Assembly: GCA_947445995.1 (NCBI GenBank)
Contig: CANFED010000001.1
Coordinates: 1-44,782 of the forward strand
Direction of reading: 5' to 3'
Source of the DNA: Oxalobacteraceae bacterium
GTDB lineage: Bacteria > Pseudomonadota > Gammaproteobacteria > Burkholderiales > Burkholderiaceae_D
DNA length: 44,782 nucleotides
The notes beneath the pieces were generated by a model, which saw nothing but the letters and a program-made list of their open reading frames with translations, was not told where the DNA came from and made no database searches. Position numbers and translations under genes: made by a program. Shown piece after piece: positions 1 to 8,769 of the stretch (positions are counted from its first letter, which is position 1; each line of letters starts with the position of its first letter).

Positions 1-88
1 TACTCATCTGCAGTTTTCAACATAAAAATTTATCGACCATACCAATCAAGCCACTCATCTGTTAATTTATTATTCAGAAAGAAAAGAC

Positions 89-1195
89 GTGCGTATAACT
101 ACCGCCGGCATACTACTGCTATTACCTCGACTAGCCTCAAATACGAATGGCAGTCGAAATAATAATTTATCACCATCAAATTTAATCGAAAAAGGAACAG
201 GAAATAACTTCTTAGTACCCCCTTATTCTAAAAACTCATCTCCGTTACAACTTTCAGGAATATTACAAAAAGGCAGCAGGCTGCTTGAGAGACTTGATCA
301 CGGATTATCTATTGGATTACCAGGAGCCGATGCTGCCATTTTTAGAAAATCAAAAAATCACTTTGAAGAGTTATCTTATAACAAAGGAGACGATGCGGAA
401 TCAATTGATGAATTTGCCAAATCCGTCAGTCAGGAATACACAGTTTTTTCAAATAAAAATGCTCATAACGCTAATAAATTTAAAACTAAAGTAATTATGA
501 TTTACGGGGAAAGTCATACCTCACCGCTTCTGCCAAGTATCCGTAATGGCAAAGGAGCCTTACTTCTTGAATCTTCGGATTTAAACAGATGCTTGGAAAA
601 ACATAAACTCTATCCGGATAATATCTGCAAACACATTGACACGCTCGGCACCAGCATGCTGGACACTTCTACTATTAATTTGCATTCATCGGTTAGAGCA
701 TTAATTCAACAAATGGATCCGAAAGAATACCAAAAAATAGAAAAAAGAAGAAAGGATCAAAAAATATCTTCTGTTCTAACCCTGCAAGAAATGATGATAT
801 ATGTAAATAATAATTTTAAGCGCATTTATTTAGCAAGAAATAAAAATGACCAAAAAAAACTGATGGAGTGTTATCGCCTGGCCAATTCAAATTATGAAGA
901 AAATAAGAAATTGCAAAAGTCGACATTGCAAGACAGAGATACTGCAATGGTCCACGAAGCGAAAAAAATTATTTCGACACAAGCAAATGGCGAAGCTACA
1001 ACGATCGTCGTAGGAAACGCCCACGTCAAAGGCATATTCAATGCCTTGGCAAAAGAATTTCCAGAGCATGCAATCGTAGGATGCTTCACTAATCATTCTC
1101 CGACAGTCAGAAGAGACGCTAAAGATGAGCTTGTAAAGGGGATTAATGCCGCTCCAGTTAAAATTCCACAAAAGCGGATCAAAACGGAGTTATGA
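89..1195 (+). CDS. AT-rich protein with TraB/TIKI/EreA/ChaN/RRSP-superfamily motifs; possible secreted effector or metalloenzyme
   Basis: 368-aa ORF with GTG start. Motifs IYGESH(140-143), LLLE161, RDxxM(283-287) and VVGNAH312 in superfamily order. Sampled lines are 25-42% GC, far below the flanking genes. Confidence 0.65.
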   Translation: MRITTAGILLLLPRLASNTNGSRNNNLSPSNLIEKGTGNNFLVPPYSKNSSPLQLSGILQKGSRLLERLDHGLSIGLPGADAAIFRKSKNHFEELSYNKGDDAESIDEFAKSVSQEYTVFSNKNAHNANKFKTKVIMIYGESHTSPLLPSIRNGKGALLLESSDLNRCLEKHKLYPDNICKHIDTLGTSMLDTSTINLHSSVRALIQQMDPKEYQKIEKRRKDQKISSVLTLQEMMIYVNNNFKRIYLARNKNDQKKLMECYRLANSNYEENKKLQKSTLQDRDTAMVHEAKKIISTQANGEATTIVVGNAHVKGIFNALAKEFPEHAIVGCFTNHSPTVRRDAKDELVKGINAAPVKIPQKRIKTEL

Positions 1196-1363
1196 AAAGT
1201 ATTCGTACCAGGAGGCTGAAGTAATATCTCCATCACCGAATGGTTTTCCCTGCACCAACCGCATCAGTCCAGCATGAATAACTGCTGCCCGCGTACCACG
1301 AGTACCCCTACGCAACATCGGAGGTCGCCGTTCTGGTTGCTCCAATAATCAAAAATGCCCTCC

Positions 1364-1404
1364 AAAAAAAATGTAGCCGTTCAGCGGTAAGCTGAACGGC
1401 TACA
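1364..1404 (-). terminator. Rho-independent terminator of the porin gene
   Basis: Perfect 14-bp stem TGTAGCCGTTCAGC/GCTGAACGGCTACA (1372-1385, 1391-1404). The A8 at 1364-1371 gives a U-tract on the minus strand, about 30 nt after the porin stop. Confidence 0.9.
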
Positions 1405-1433
1405 AAGAAATGCTATTGACAGTTCATGCCATC

Positions 1434-2504
1434 TTAGAACGTATGACGGATACCAAGATTGAATGCCTTGTCGCCAGAACCGACTTCGATCGCATTACCG
1501 ACCGTATATCCGGCACCGTTGTCATTTTTGATGCGCGCATAGGACGCATACAAATCGGTCCGTTTGGAGAACGCATAACGGTAACCCAATGCCCATTGGT
1601 TGGCATCCTGGTTGGCAATGGTTTTGTCGTCCTTGCGGATATATGACGCCAACAGCGTATGCACACCAAACGGCACGGTCACGCCAAGCAACAGATCGCG
1701 ACTATCAGTAGATGCCGTTGGTGCAATCAGACTGCCATACGGATTAGCCGCATTGCGCAATGGCGAACTGTTGGTGCCCTTGTCGACCCCATATCCCAAG
1801 TGCAGCTTGGCAACTTTAAAATCATAGGTCAGGGCAAGCAAGGTATCTTTTGCGTTGGATGTATTTTTGAGCACGGCCGTATCGTTGTTGCGGTTGTGGT
1901 AACCGAGACGGACGGCAATCGGCCCGTTGGCATAACCGATTGCCGCACCATACTGCCGTGAAGCAGAGTTATCCCCTGCCACTTCACCGAATCCATAAGC
2001 CAGTTCACCGATAAATCCGCCCAAGTCTGGTGTCACGTACTTGATAGCGTTATTCATGCGACTCGCAGCATCACCGGTATTTGGCATCAGATTGGCCGCA
2101 TCGCCCGCCATTCCGGTAGCGAACGGATCAGCGAGTACCAGCGTGGCATATTGCGGGGTGTACTGGCGCCCAAACGTCACCCCGCCGAAACCGCCGGACA
2201 AACCAACGAAGGCTTGACGTCCGAAAGCGGTACTGGATTGATTGAAGCCGCCTGTATCCAGCGCGATCCCCGTTTCCAGCAAAAAATTAGCGGCAAGACC
2301 GCCACCCAGATCTTCCGTACCGCGAAAACCGAGTCGTGATCCTGACGCTACACCACTGGTTAATTTTGTGACTGACCCCGCAGAACCACCACGTTCCGCA
2401 ACCACGCCAACATCGGCAATACCGTAAATAGTGACATTGGTTTGCGCAACCGCAGAACCTGCTGCAGTCCCCAACAGTAACAATAAGAACGTTGATTGTT
2501 TCAT
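1434..2504 (-). CDS. Gram-negative general porin (betaproteobacterial Omp32/OmpC-like)
   Basis: Signal peptide, then NVTIYGIAD, SRLGFRGTEDLGGGL, FGRQAFVGL, YAFSKRTDLY and terminal GIRHTF. Start set at ATG 2504 with AAGGAG RBS. Confidence 0.95.
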   Translation of the reverse strand: MKQSTFLLLLLGTAAGSAVAQTNVTIYGIADVGVVAERGGSAGSVTKLTSGVASGSRLGFRGTEDLGGGLAANFLLETGIALDTGGFNQSSTAFGRQAFVGLSGGFGGVTFGRQYTPQYATLVLADPFATGMAGDAANLMPNTGDAASRMNNAIKYVTPDLGGFIGELAYGFGEVAGDNSASRQYGAAIGYANGPIAVRLGYHNRNNDTAVLKNTSNAKDTLLALTYDFKVAKLHLGYGVDKGTNSSPLRNAANPYGSLIAPTASTDSRDLLLGVTVPFGVHTLLASYIRKDDKTIANQDANQWALGYRYAFSKRTDLYASYARIKNDNGAGYTVGNAIEVGSGDKAFNLGIRHTF

Positions 2505-2883
2505 TGAAACTCCTTTATAGAATGAAGCGAAACAGCGAACCAGAGTCAGACCGTTGCCGCTGATCACACATTCGACATCGAGTGGCTCAGCTGCACGGGC
2601 CCTGAAAAGTAAATAAAAAGTCCGACGTTTAGTCTTTGCAACCAAAACTGACTATTTTTCGTAAAAACTAGTCGCCACCTCGGACCTGAACGCATTGTTG
2701 TCTGTTCAATTTAACAACGTCAATTATTTATCTTATTTATGTCATCGATACATCGATAATTTGTCTCTAAAAAGACACAATTGAAAGCCCAGCGAATAAG
2801 TGAACAATCAACGAAGTACAAATGTGTGGGCTGGAAAACAAATTAGCTTGTTGAAACAATCAACGCCAAAACCAATGGCGCAT

Positions 2884-2914
2884 AAAAAAAGCGCGGCAAA
2901 ACCGCGCTTTTTTT
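2884..2914. terminator. Intrinsic terminator after fliE (bidirectional shape)
   Basis: A7-GCGCGG-caaaa-CCGCGC-T7. Confidence 0.9.
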
Positions 2915-2938
2915 ATTCCAACAGTGCATTAAAAAACT

Positions 2939-3283
2939 TCAAATTTGCATATTCATGATGTCCTGGTACGCTGAAACCAGCTTGTTACGTACCTGAATCG
3001 TGGCCTGGAAACCGATATTCGCTTTCTGCGATGAAATCATTACATCGGACAAACTGACCTTGTCATCACCAAGCGCAAATTTCGAACCCAGATCGGCTGC
3101 AGTTTTCTGGGATGCATTGACTCCGTCCAATGACGCTTTGAGCGCATCGGCAAATCCCGGTTTAGCAACCGCCATCGGGTCGGGTACCACGTTCGATATC
3201 CCTCCCTGGGGACGCGTCGCTGCGGCCTTAAGCTGGCTGATCATCGCTTCGATTCTGCCTGAATCTATCATTGAGGTTTTCAT
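2939..3283 (-). CDS. fliE: Flagellar hook-basal body complex protein FliE
   Basis: C-terminal VMISSQKANIGFQATIQVRNKLVSAYQDIMNMQI; divergent from fliF. Confidence 0.95.
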   Translation of the reverse strand: MKTSMIDSGRIEAMISQLKAAATRPQGGISNVVPDPMAVAKPGFADALKASLDGVNASQKTAADLGSKFALGDDKVSLSDVMISSQKANIGFQATIQVRNKLVSAYQDIMNMQI

Positions 3284-3526
3284 GGATGTTCCATTCCTGT
3301 CATCGTAAACCACCTGCACCGGGCAACCTGGTGAATAGTCGGTTTTTTCACCATCACACAGTAGCATTCGAAATACCATGCATCGGGACGAGAACCCGAA
3401 CAAATCTTCTTCTATTCAACTGATTGAACCGACTCAACTGAACGATAATATTGGTTAAAGTGATTATTGCATTTAGGAAAAAATGAAGTACATGCACGCC
3501 AATCGCAACACCCAGGGAGTTTCATC

Positions 3527-5233
3527 ATGGCTGTAGCCGCCGACGGCAGCGTCATACCGAATCCACTCATCAGTTTTGGGGAATCCCAGGGCGGGCGCAA
3601 CTTGTTGCTGATGATGGGAGCCGCCATCGTACTTGCGATCATGGCTGGGGTATGGATGTGGAGTCAGCAACCTGAATACCGTGTTTTGTTTTCCAATTTT
3701 TCGGATCGCGATGGCGGCGCCATCGTTACACAGTTGCAGCAAATGAACGTGCCCTACAAGTTTGCCGAAGGCGGCGGGGCCATCATGGTACCGGCCGCTC
3801 AGGTGTATGACACGCGTCTCCGTATCGCTGCGATGGGCTTGCCAAAGGGTGGCAATGTCGGTTTCGAGTTGATGGAAAACCAGAAGCTAGGTGTGTCTCA
3901 ATTCCTGGAACAGGTCAATTTCCAGCGCGCACTGGAAGGAGAACTGGCACGCTCGATTCAATCGATTGGTGTGGTTGAATCGGCTCGGGTGCATCTGGCA
4001 ATGCCAAAGGCGTCAGTCTTCGTGCGTGATCAGCAAAAGCCAACGGCCTCTGTGGTGCTCAATCTGCAGACGGGTCGCCCGCTCAGCGAACAGCAAGTCA
4101 GCGCCATCGTCCATCTGGTTGCCAGCAGCGTACCTGAACTACCACCGGGCAACATCAGCGTCATCGACCAGAATGGCAACCTTTTATCGGATACCAGCAA
4201 AGCCGCCAAGCCTACGGGTCTCGATCCTACGCAGCTCAAGTACGTTCAGGAAATCCAGCAGAATATCGTGCGGAGAATCGAGTCGATCATCACTCCTATC
4301 GTGGGGCCAAACAATGTGCGCGCCGAAGCGACTGCCGACATTGATTTTTCTACCAGCGAGCAAGCCGCCGAAACCTACAAGCCGAACAGCCCGCCGAACC
4401 AGTCCACCATGCGCAGCCAGCAAAGCAGTGAGTCGCAAGGTAGCAGTACGGGCGCAGGTGGTGTGCCGGGGGCGCTATCGAACCAACCGGCGGCTAACGC
4501 CACGGCCCCGATCAATCCGACTGTGCCAGCCACACCAGCAACACCAGGTGCGGCGACGACCGCTACCCCAGGCGCAGGAACAACGGCGACCGTCGCCACC
4601 CCGTCACAAAAGGAGATGACGGTCAATTACGAGGTTGATAAAACGGTTCGCTACGTTCAACAACCGATGGGCGGCGTAAAGCGGATTTCAGTGGCGGTGG
4701 TCGTGAATTTCAAACAAGCCATCGACAAGACTGGTAAGGTCGTCGCGACTCCGCTCACCGAAGCCGAACGGATGCAAATTTCTGATCTGGCCAAGGAAGC
4801 GATGGGGTTCAATAAAGATCGTGGTGACACCCTTAACGTCGTCAACACAGCATTTGCAGGCGTGCCACAAGAAGTCTTCCCGGAGGTACCAATCTGGAAA
4901 AAACCGGAAATGATCCAGCTGGCCAAGGAACTAGGCAAATATGCAGTGGGCGGCATTGTGTTGCTGTATCTGTTCTTCGGCGTGTTGCGACCCATGCTGA
5001 AAAAATTCAATGCGCCAGCCAAAAAAATCAATGCAGTGGTCGACGATGAGGACGACGAGCCGGAAACGCCGGAAATGCACGCTGCACGCGATGCGCAACA
5101 AGCCATTGATGTTCCGCCTGAACCTGTTTCATTGAGTTATCAGCAAAACCTCGACTTGGCAAAGCAGCTGGCCAAGGATGATCCGAAAGTAGTCGCCAAC
5201 ATAGTCAAGAACTGGGTGAGCGGAAATGAGTGA
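3527..5233 (+). CDS. fliF: Flagellar MS-ring protein FliF
   Basis: GFELMENQKLGVSQFLEQVNFQRALEGELARSI, ARVHLAMPK, GVPGALSNQP and two TM helices; ATG 3527 after GGGAG. Confidence 0.97.
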   Translation: MAVAADGSVIPNPLISFGESQGGRNLLLMMGAAIVLAIMAGVWMWSQQPEYRVLFSNFSDRDGGAIVTQLQQMNVPYKFAEGGGAIMVPAAQVYDTRLRIAAMGLPKGGNVGFELMENQKLGVSQFLEQVNFQRALEGELARSIQSIGVVESARVHLAMPKASVFVRDQQKPTASVVLNLQTGRPLSEQQVSAIVHLVASSVPELPPGNISVIDQNGNLLSDTSKAAKPTGLDPTQLKYVQEIQQNIVRRIESIITPIVGPNNVRAEATADIDFSTSEQAAETYKPNSPPNQSTMRSQQSSESQGSSTGAGGVPGALSNQPAANATAPINPTVPATPATPGAATTATPGAGTTATVATPSQKEMTVNYEVDKTVRYVQQPMGGVKRISVAVVVNFKQAIDKTGKVVATPLTEAERMQISDLAKEAMGFNKDRGDTLNVVNTAFAGVPQEVFPEVPIWKKPEMIQLAKELGKYAVGGIVLLYLFFGVLRPMLKKFNAPAKKINAVVDDEDDEPETPEMHAARDAQQAIDVPPEPVSLSYQQNLDLAKQLAKDDPKVVANIVKNWVSGNE

Positions 5234-6221
5234 CGATGGAGTCCATAAAGGTGCCGTGCTAATGCTCGCCCTGGGTGAAGACGAAGCCGCCGAAGTCATG
5301 AAATTTCTCAGCCCGCGCGAAGTGCAGAAACTCGGCGCAGCGATGTCGACAATGAAAGCCATCAGCCACGAAGAACTGGATGCGGTCCTGAAAAGCTTTC
5401 GGGTAGAAACCGAATCCAGTTCTGCACTGGGACTTGACTCCGACGAATACATTCGTACCGTACTGACCAAGGCACTCGGCGACGACAAGGCATCGTCGCT
5501 GCTCAACCGTATCCTCGGTGCGCGCGATGCCAGCGGTATCGAGGGTCTCAAGTGGATGGACTCGCAATCGGTCGCCGAACTGATCCGCAACGAGCATCCG
5601 CAAATTATCGCCACTATCCTCGTTCACCTGGAGCGCTATCACGCTTGCGAAGTGCTGGATCACTTTACCGAACGCCTGCGCAATGATGTGGTGTTGCGCA
5701 TCGCCACGCTTGACGGCGTCCAGCCAGCCGCCTTGCGTGAACTGAACGAGGTGCTGACCAAGCTGTTGACGGGTAACGAAAGCCTGAAGAAAAAGCCGAT
5801 GGGTGGCATCCGTGCCGCGGCAGAAATTCTCAACTTCCTGTCCGGTGAAAACGAACAATCAGTCATCGCCAACCTGAAAAACTACGACAGCGACATGGCG
5901 CAAAAAATCATGGACGAGATGTTCGTCTTCGACAACATCATGGAAATTGATGACCGTGGCATCCAGATCATTCTGCGCGAAGTCCAGTCCGATTCACTGA
6001 TCGTTGCTCTCAAAGGTGCCAATGTTGACTTGCGCGAAAAAATCTTCAAGAACATGTCCAGTCGCGCCGCCGAAATGATGCGCGAAGATCTCGAATCGAA
6101 AGGGCCGGTGCGGCTCTCCGAAGTCGAAGCCCAGCAAAAGGAAATCCTGCAGGTGGTGCGACGGTTATCCGACGAAGGCCAGATCCAGCTAGGCGCAAAA
6201 GGTGACGACGCCTATGTCTGA
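5226..6221 (+). CDS. fliG: Flagellar motor switch protein FliG
   Basis: EHPQIIA, MFVFDN, NMSSRAAEMMREDLE, GPVRLSEVE. Confidence 0.98.
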   Translation: MSDDGVHKGAVLMLALGEDEAAEVMKFLSPREVQKLGAAMSTMKAISHEELDAVLKSFRVETESSSALGLDSDEYIRTVLTKALGDDKASSLLNRILGARDASGIEGLKWMDSQSVAELIRNEHPQIIATILVHLERYHACEVLDHFTERLRNDVVLRIATLDGVQPAALRELNEVLTKLLTGNESLKKKPMGGIRAAAEILNFLSGENEQSVIANLKNYDSDMAQKIMDEMFVFDNIMEIDDRGIQIILREVQSDSLIVALKGANVDLREKIFKNMSSRAAEMMREDLESKGPVRLSEVEAQQKEILQVVRRLSDEGQIQLGAKGDDAYV

Positions 6222-6876
6222 CAACATTATTCCAAAGGAACGGCAATCGGCTTACCAACGCTGGGAAATCGATTCGTTCGGCGACAACCGGCCCAGCTCT
6301 CAGCCGGCACCCGCTCCGGTCGCGCCACCGGTCGCTCGCGTCACCATCGAAGAACAAGCCGCTATCCGCGAAGCAGCACAGATCAAAGGGTATGCAACCG
6401 GCCTGGCTGACGGCCGCATCGAAGGCTTGCGCCTCGGACGCGAAGAAGCCCATGCCGAAATCGACCACCTGCGCCAGATCGCCGTCGCGCTCGGTAGCGA
6501 GGCGGCCATCGCCGATGAACTGATTTCCGCTGACGTCATGCAACTGGCGCTCGACCTTGCGCAGGCGATGCTGAAAACTGCACTGGAAATCAAACCTGAG
6601 CTGGTTTTACCGATCGTCGCTGAAGCAATCCGGTATCTGCCAAACGTTCAACAACCGGCGCTGCTTTATCTGAATCCGGCCGATGCCTTGCTGGTACGCG
6701 AAGAGATGCATGAAGAACTGGAAAAGGCCGGATGGCGCATCGCCGATGACAGCCAGATGCATCGTGGTGGCTGCCGCATCGATACGGCCAGCAACCAGAT
6801 TGATGCCAGCATTGACATACGCTGGCAGCGCCTGACCGAAGCCCTCGGGGAAAATCCCGGCTGGCTCAAGGAATAA
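6214..6876 (+). CDS. fliH: Flagellar export protein FliH
   Basis: YQRWE, GxxxG repeats ([17 protein letters not shown]), RGGCRIDT; lies between fliG and fliI. Confidence 0.95.
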   Translation: MSDNIIPKERQSAYQRWEIDSFGDNRPSSQPAPAPVAPPVARVTIEEQAAIREAAQIKGYATGLADGRIEGLRLGREEAHAEIDHLRQIAVALGSEAAIADELISADVMQLALDLAQAMLKTALEIKPELVLPIVAEAIRYLPNVQQPALLYLNPADALLVREEMHEELEKAGWRIADDSQMHRGGCRIDTASNQIDASIDIRWQRLTEALGENPGWLKE

Positions 6877-6878
6877 CA

Positions 6879-8279
6879 GTGCAGCATGTCCGCAGCCAGC
6901 GCTGGCAGGCTTATTTGCGTGACTGCAGAGAGTTACTGCAGATTGCCGAGCCGATGCAGGTATCGGGCCGCGTAACTCGTGTCGCGGGACTGGTCATGGA
7001 AGCGATCGGATTACGCCTGGCCGTTGGCAGCGCCTGCACTGTACCGCTGCCCAATGGCTCCCGTATCGAAGCCGAAGTAGTTGGTTTCGACAATGACCGT
7101 CTGTTCCTGATGCCGCAAAGTGATGTCGAAGGCGTGGTGCCAGGCACTCGGGTATTCCCGGTCGAGGCCGTGCAATCCCTGCCGCGTGCCGGTTCGGTCA
7201 ACCATCCGCGTCGGCGTCCTAGCGATCGTGGCCGTCACCTGCCCGTCGGCGATGAATTGCTGGGCCGGGTACTCGATGGAGCCGGTCGGCCACTCGACAC
7301 GCTCGGCCCGCTCAATGCAAGCTCGGCCGCACCGCTCAATGTACGCGCAGCCAATCCGCTCACCCGCGCGCCTATCGTCGACGTACTCGATGTCGGTGTC
7401 CGCGCCATTAACAGCATGCTGACGGTCGGACGAGGTCAGCGCATGGGCCTCTTCGCCGGTTCCGGCGTCGGTAAAAGCGTGTTGCTTGGGATGATGGCGC
7501 GCTACACCACCGCCGACGTGATCGTCGTCGGCCTGATCGGTGAACGCGGTCGCGAGGTCAAGGAATTCATCGAACAGATCCTCGGACCGGAAGGTCTGGC
7601 GCGTTCGGTCGTGGTCGCCGCGCCAGCCGACACGCCACCACTGATGCGCCTGCAAGGTGCGGCCTACACGACGGCGATCGCCGAACATTTTCGCGACCAG
7701 GGCAAGCATGTGCTGATGATCATGGATTCGTTGACCCGGTATGCGATGGCACAGCGCGAAATCGCCTTGGCCATTGGTGAACCACCCGCCACCAAAGGGT
7801 ATCCGCCGTCGGTATTCGCCAAATTGCCGGCGCTGGTCGAGCGGGCTGGCAATGGCCGTGAAGGCGGCGGTTCGATCACTGCTTTCTATACCGTTCTGAC
7901 CGAGGGCGATGACCAGCAGGACCCGATCGCCGATGCCGCGCGCGCCATCCTTGACGGCCATATCGTGCTCAACAGGCAGCTGGCCGAAGCCGGCCACTAT
8001 CCGGCCATCGATATCGAACAATCGATCAGCCGTGCGATGCACAGTATCACCACTCCGGAACACCAGAAATTGACGCGCCGGCTCAAGCAACTATATTCGC
8101 GCTACCAGCGCAACCGCGACCTCATCAGCGTCGGTGCCTACAGCGCCGGTTCCGATCCGGTGCTCGACGAAGCGATCCAGCTCAATACCCGCATCGAAGA
8201 TTTCCTGCAACAGGACATCCGCGAGCGCGCCACCATAAGCGAAAGCATGACCCAACTTTCTAGCCTGTTCGGCGGATGA
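6879..8279 (+). CDS. fliI: Flagellar export ATPase FliI
   Basis: Walker [18 protein letters not shown], Walker [11 protein letters not shown]. Confidence 0.98.
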   Translation: MQHVRSQRWQAYLRDCRELLQIAEPMQVSGRVTRVAGLVMEAIGLRLAVGSACTVPLPNGSRIEAEVVGFDNDRLFLMPQSDVEGVVPGTRVFPVEAVQSLPRAGSVNHPRRRPSDRGRHLPVGDELLGRVLDGAGRPLDTLGPLNASSAAPLNVRAANPLTRAPIVDVLDVGVRAINSMLTVGRGQRMGLFAGSGVGKSVLLGMMARYTTADVIVVGLIGERGREVKEFIEQILGPEGLARSVVVAAPADTPPLMRLQGAAYTTAIAEHFRDQGKHVLMIMDSLTRYAMAQREIALAIGEPPATKGYPPSVFAKLPALVERAGNGREGGGSITAFYTVLTEGDDQQDPIADAARAILDGHIVLNRQLAEAGHYPAIDIEQSISRAMHSITTPEHQKLTRRLKQLYSRYQRNRDLISVGAYSAGSDPVLDEAIQLNTRIEDFLQQDIRERATISESMTQLSSLFGG

Positions 8280-8308
8280 GGCTATCGATGAGGCACGGAT
8301 AATTCATC

Positions 8309-8749
8309 ATGGCTACCTCTTCCGCAATAGATACCCTGATCGAACTCGCCGTCAAGGATACTGACGAGGCAGCCAAACGTCTTGGCCTGGCTATCCGTGC
8401 GTGCGAGGAAGTCGAACAAAAACTGACGTTGCTGACACAGTACCGGGACGACTACGCCAACCGGTTCCAGCACAGCCTGTCGGTCGGCCTGAGTCCCTCC
8501 GGCTATCGCAATTTCCAGCTTTTTATCGACAAGCTCGATGGCGCGATCGCCAGTCAGCAATTGGTCCTGCTCGATGCCAAACGTCGCATTGAAGAAGCAC
8601 GTACGGCATGGCAATCGAGCGAACGCAAGCGCATGTCCTACGGCACACTGGCTAGCCGTGCGCTGAAGATGGCACAACAAAAAGAAGCCAAACGCGACCA
8701 AAAAGCAATGGATGAGCATGCGGCGCGCGCCATCCTCTACAAACGATAA
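8309..8749 (+). CDS. fliJ: Flagellar export protein FliJ
   Basis: 146-aa coiled coil after fliI; YRNFQLFIDKLDGAI, DQKAMDEHA. Confidence 0.95.
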   Translation: MATSSAIDTLIELAVKDTDEAAKRLGLAIRACEEVEQKLTLLTQYRDDYANRFQHSLSVGLSPSGYRNFQLFIDKLDGAIASQQLVLLDAKRRIEEARTAWQSSERKRMSYGTLASRALKMAQQKEAKRDQKAMDEHAARAILYKR

Positions 8750-8769
8750 AACCACTCCAGGCAGCCATC

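Noticed and set aside
1-61. CCACTCA upstream of the putative effector as an hrp box; ACTCATCTG repeated at 2-10 and 53-61
   Set aside because: No GGAACC at the required spacing; the repeat is only 9 bp and at the window edge, so it cannot be evaluated
2620-2690. c-di-GMP-I (GEMM) riboswitch call for the porin leader
   Set aside because: Has GCAAAG but lacks the GGCAAA-stem-GNRA and tetraloop-receptor arrangement; kept only as an unnamed structure
2848-2864. FNR box
   Set aside because: TTGAA-N3-ATCAA has the wrong spacing (needs TTGAT-N4-ATCAA)
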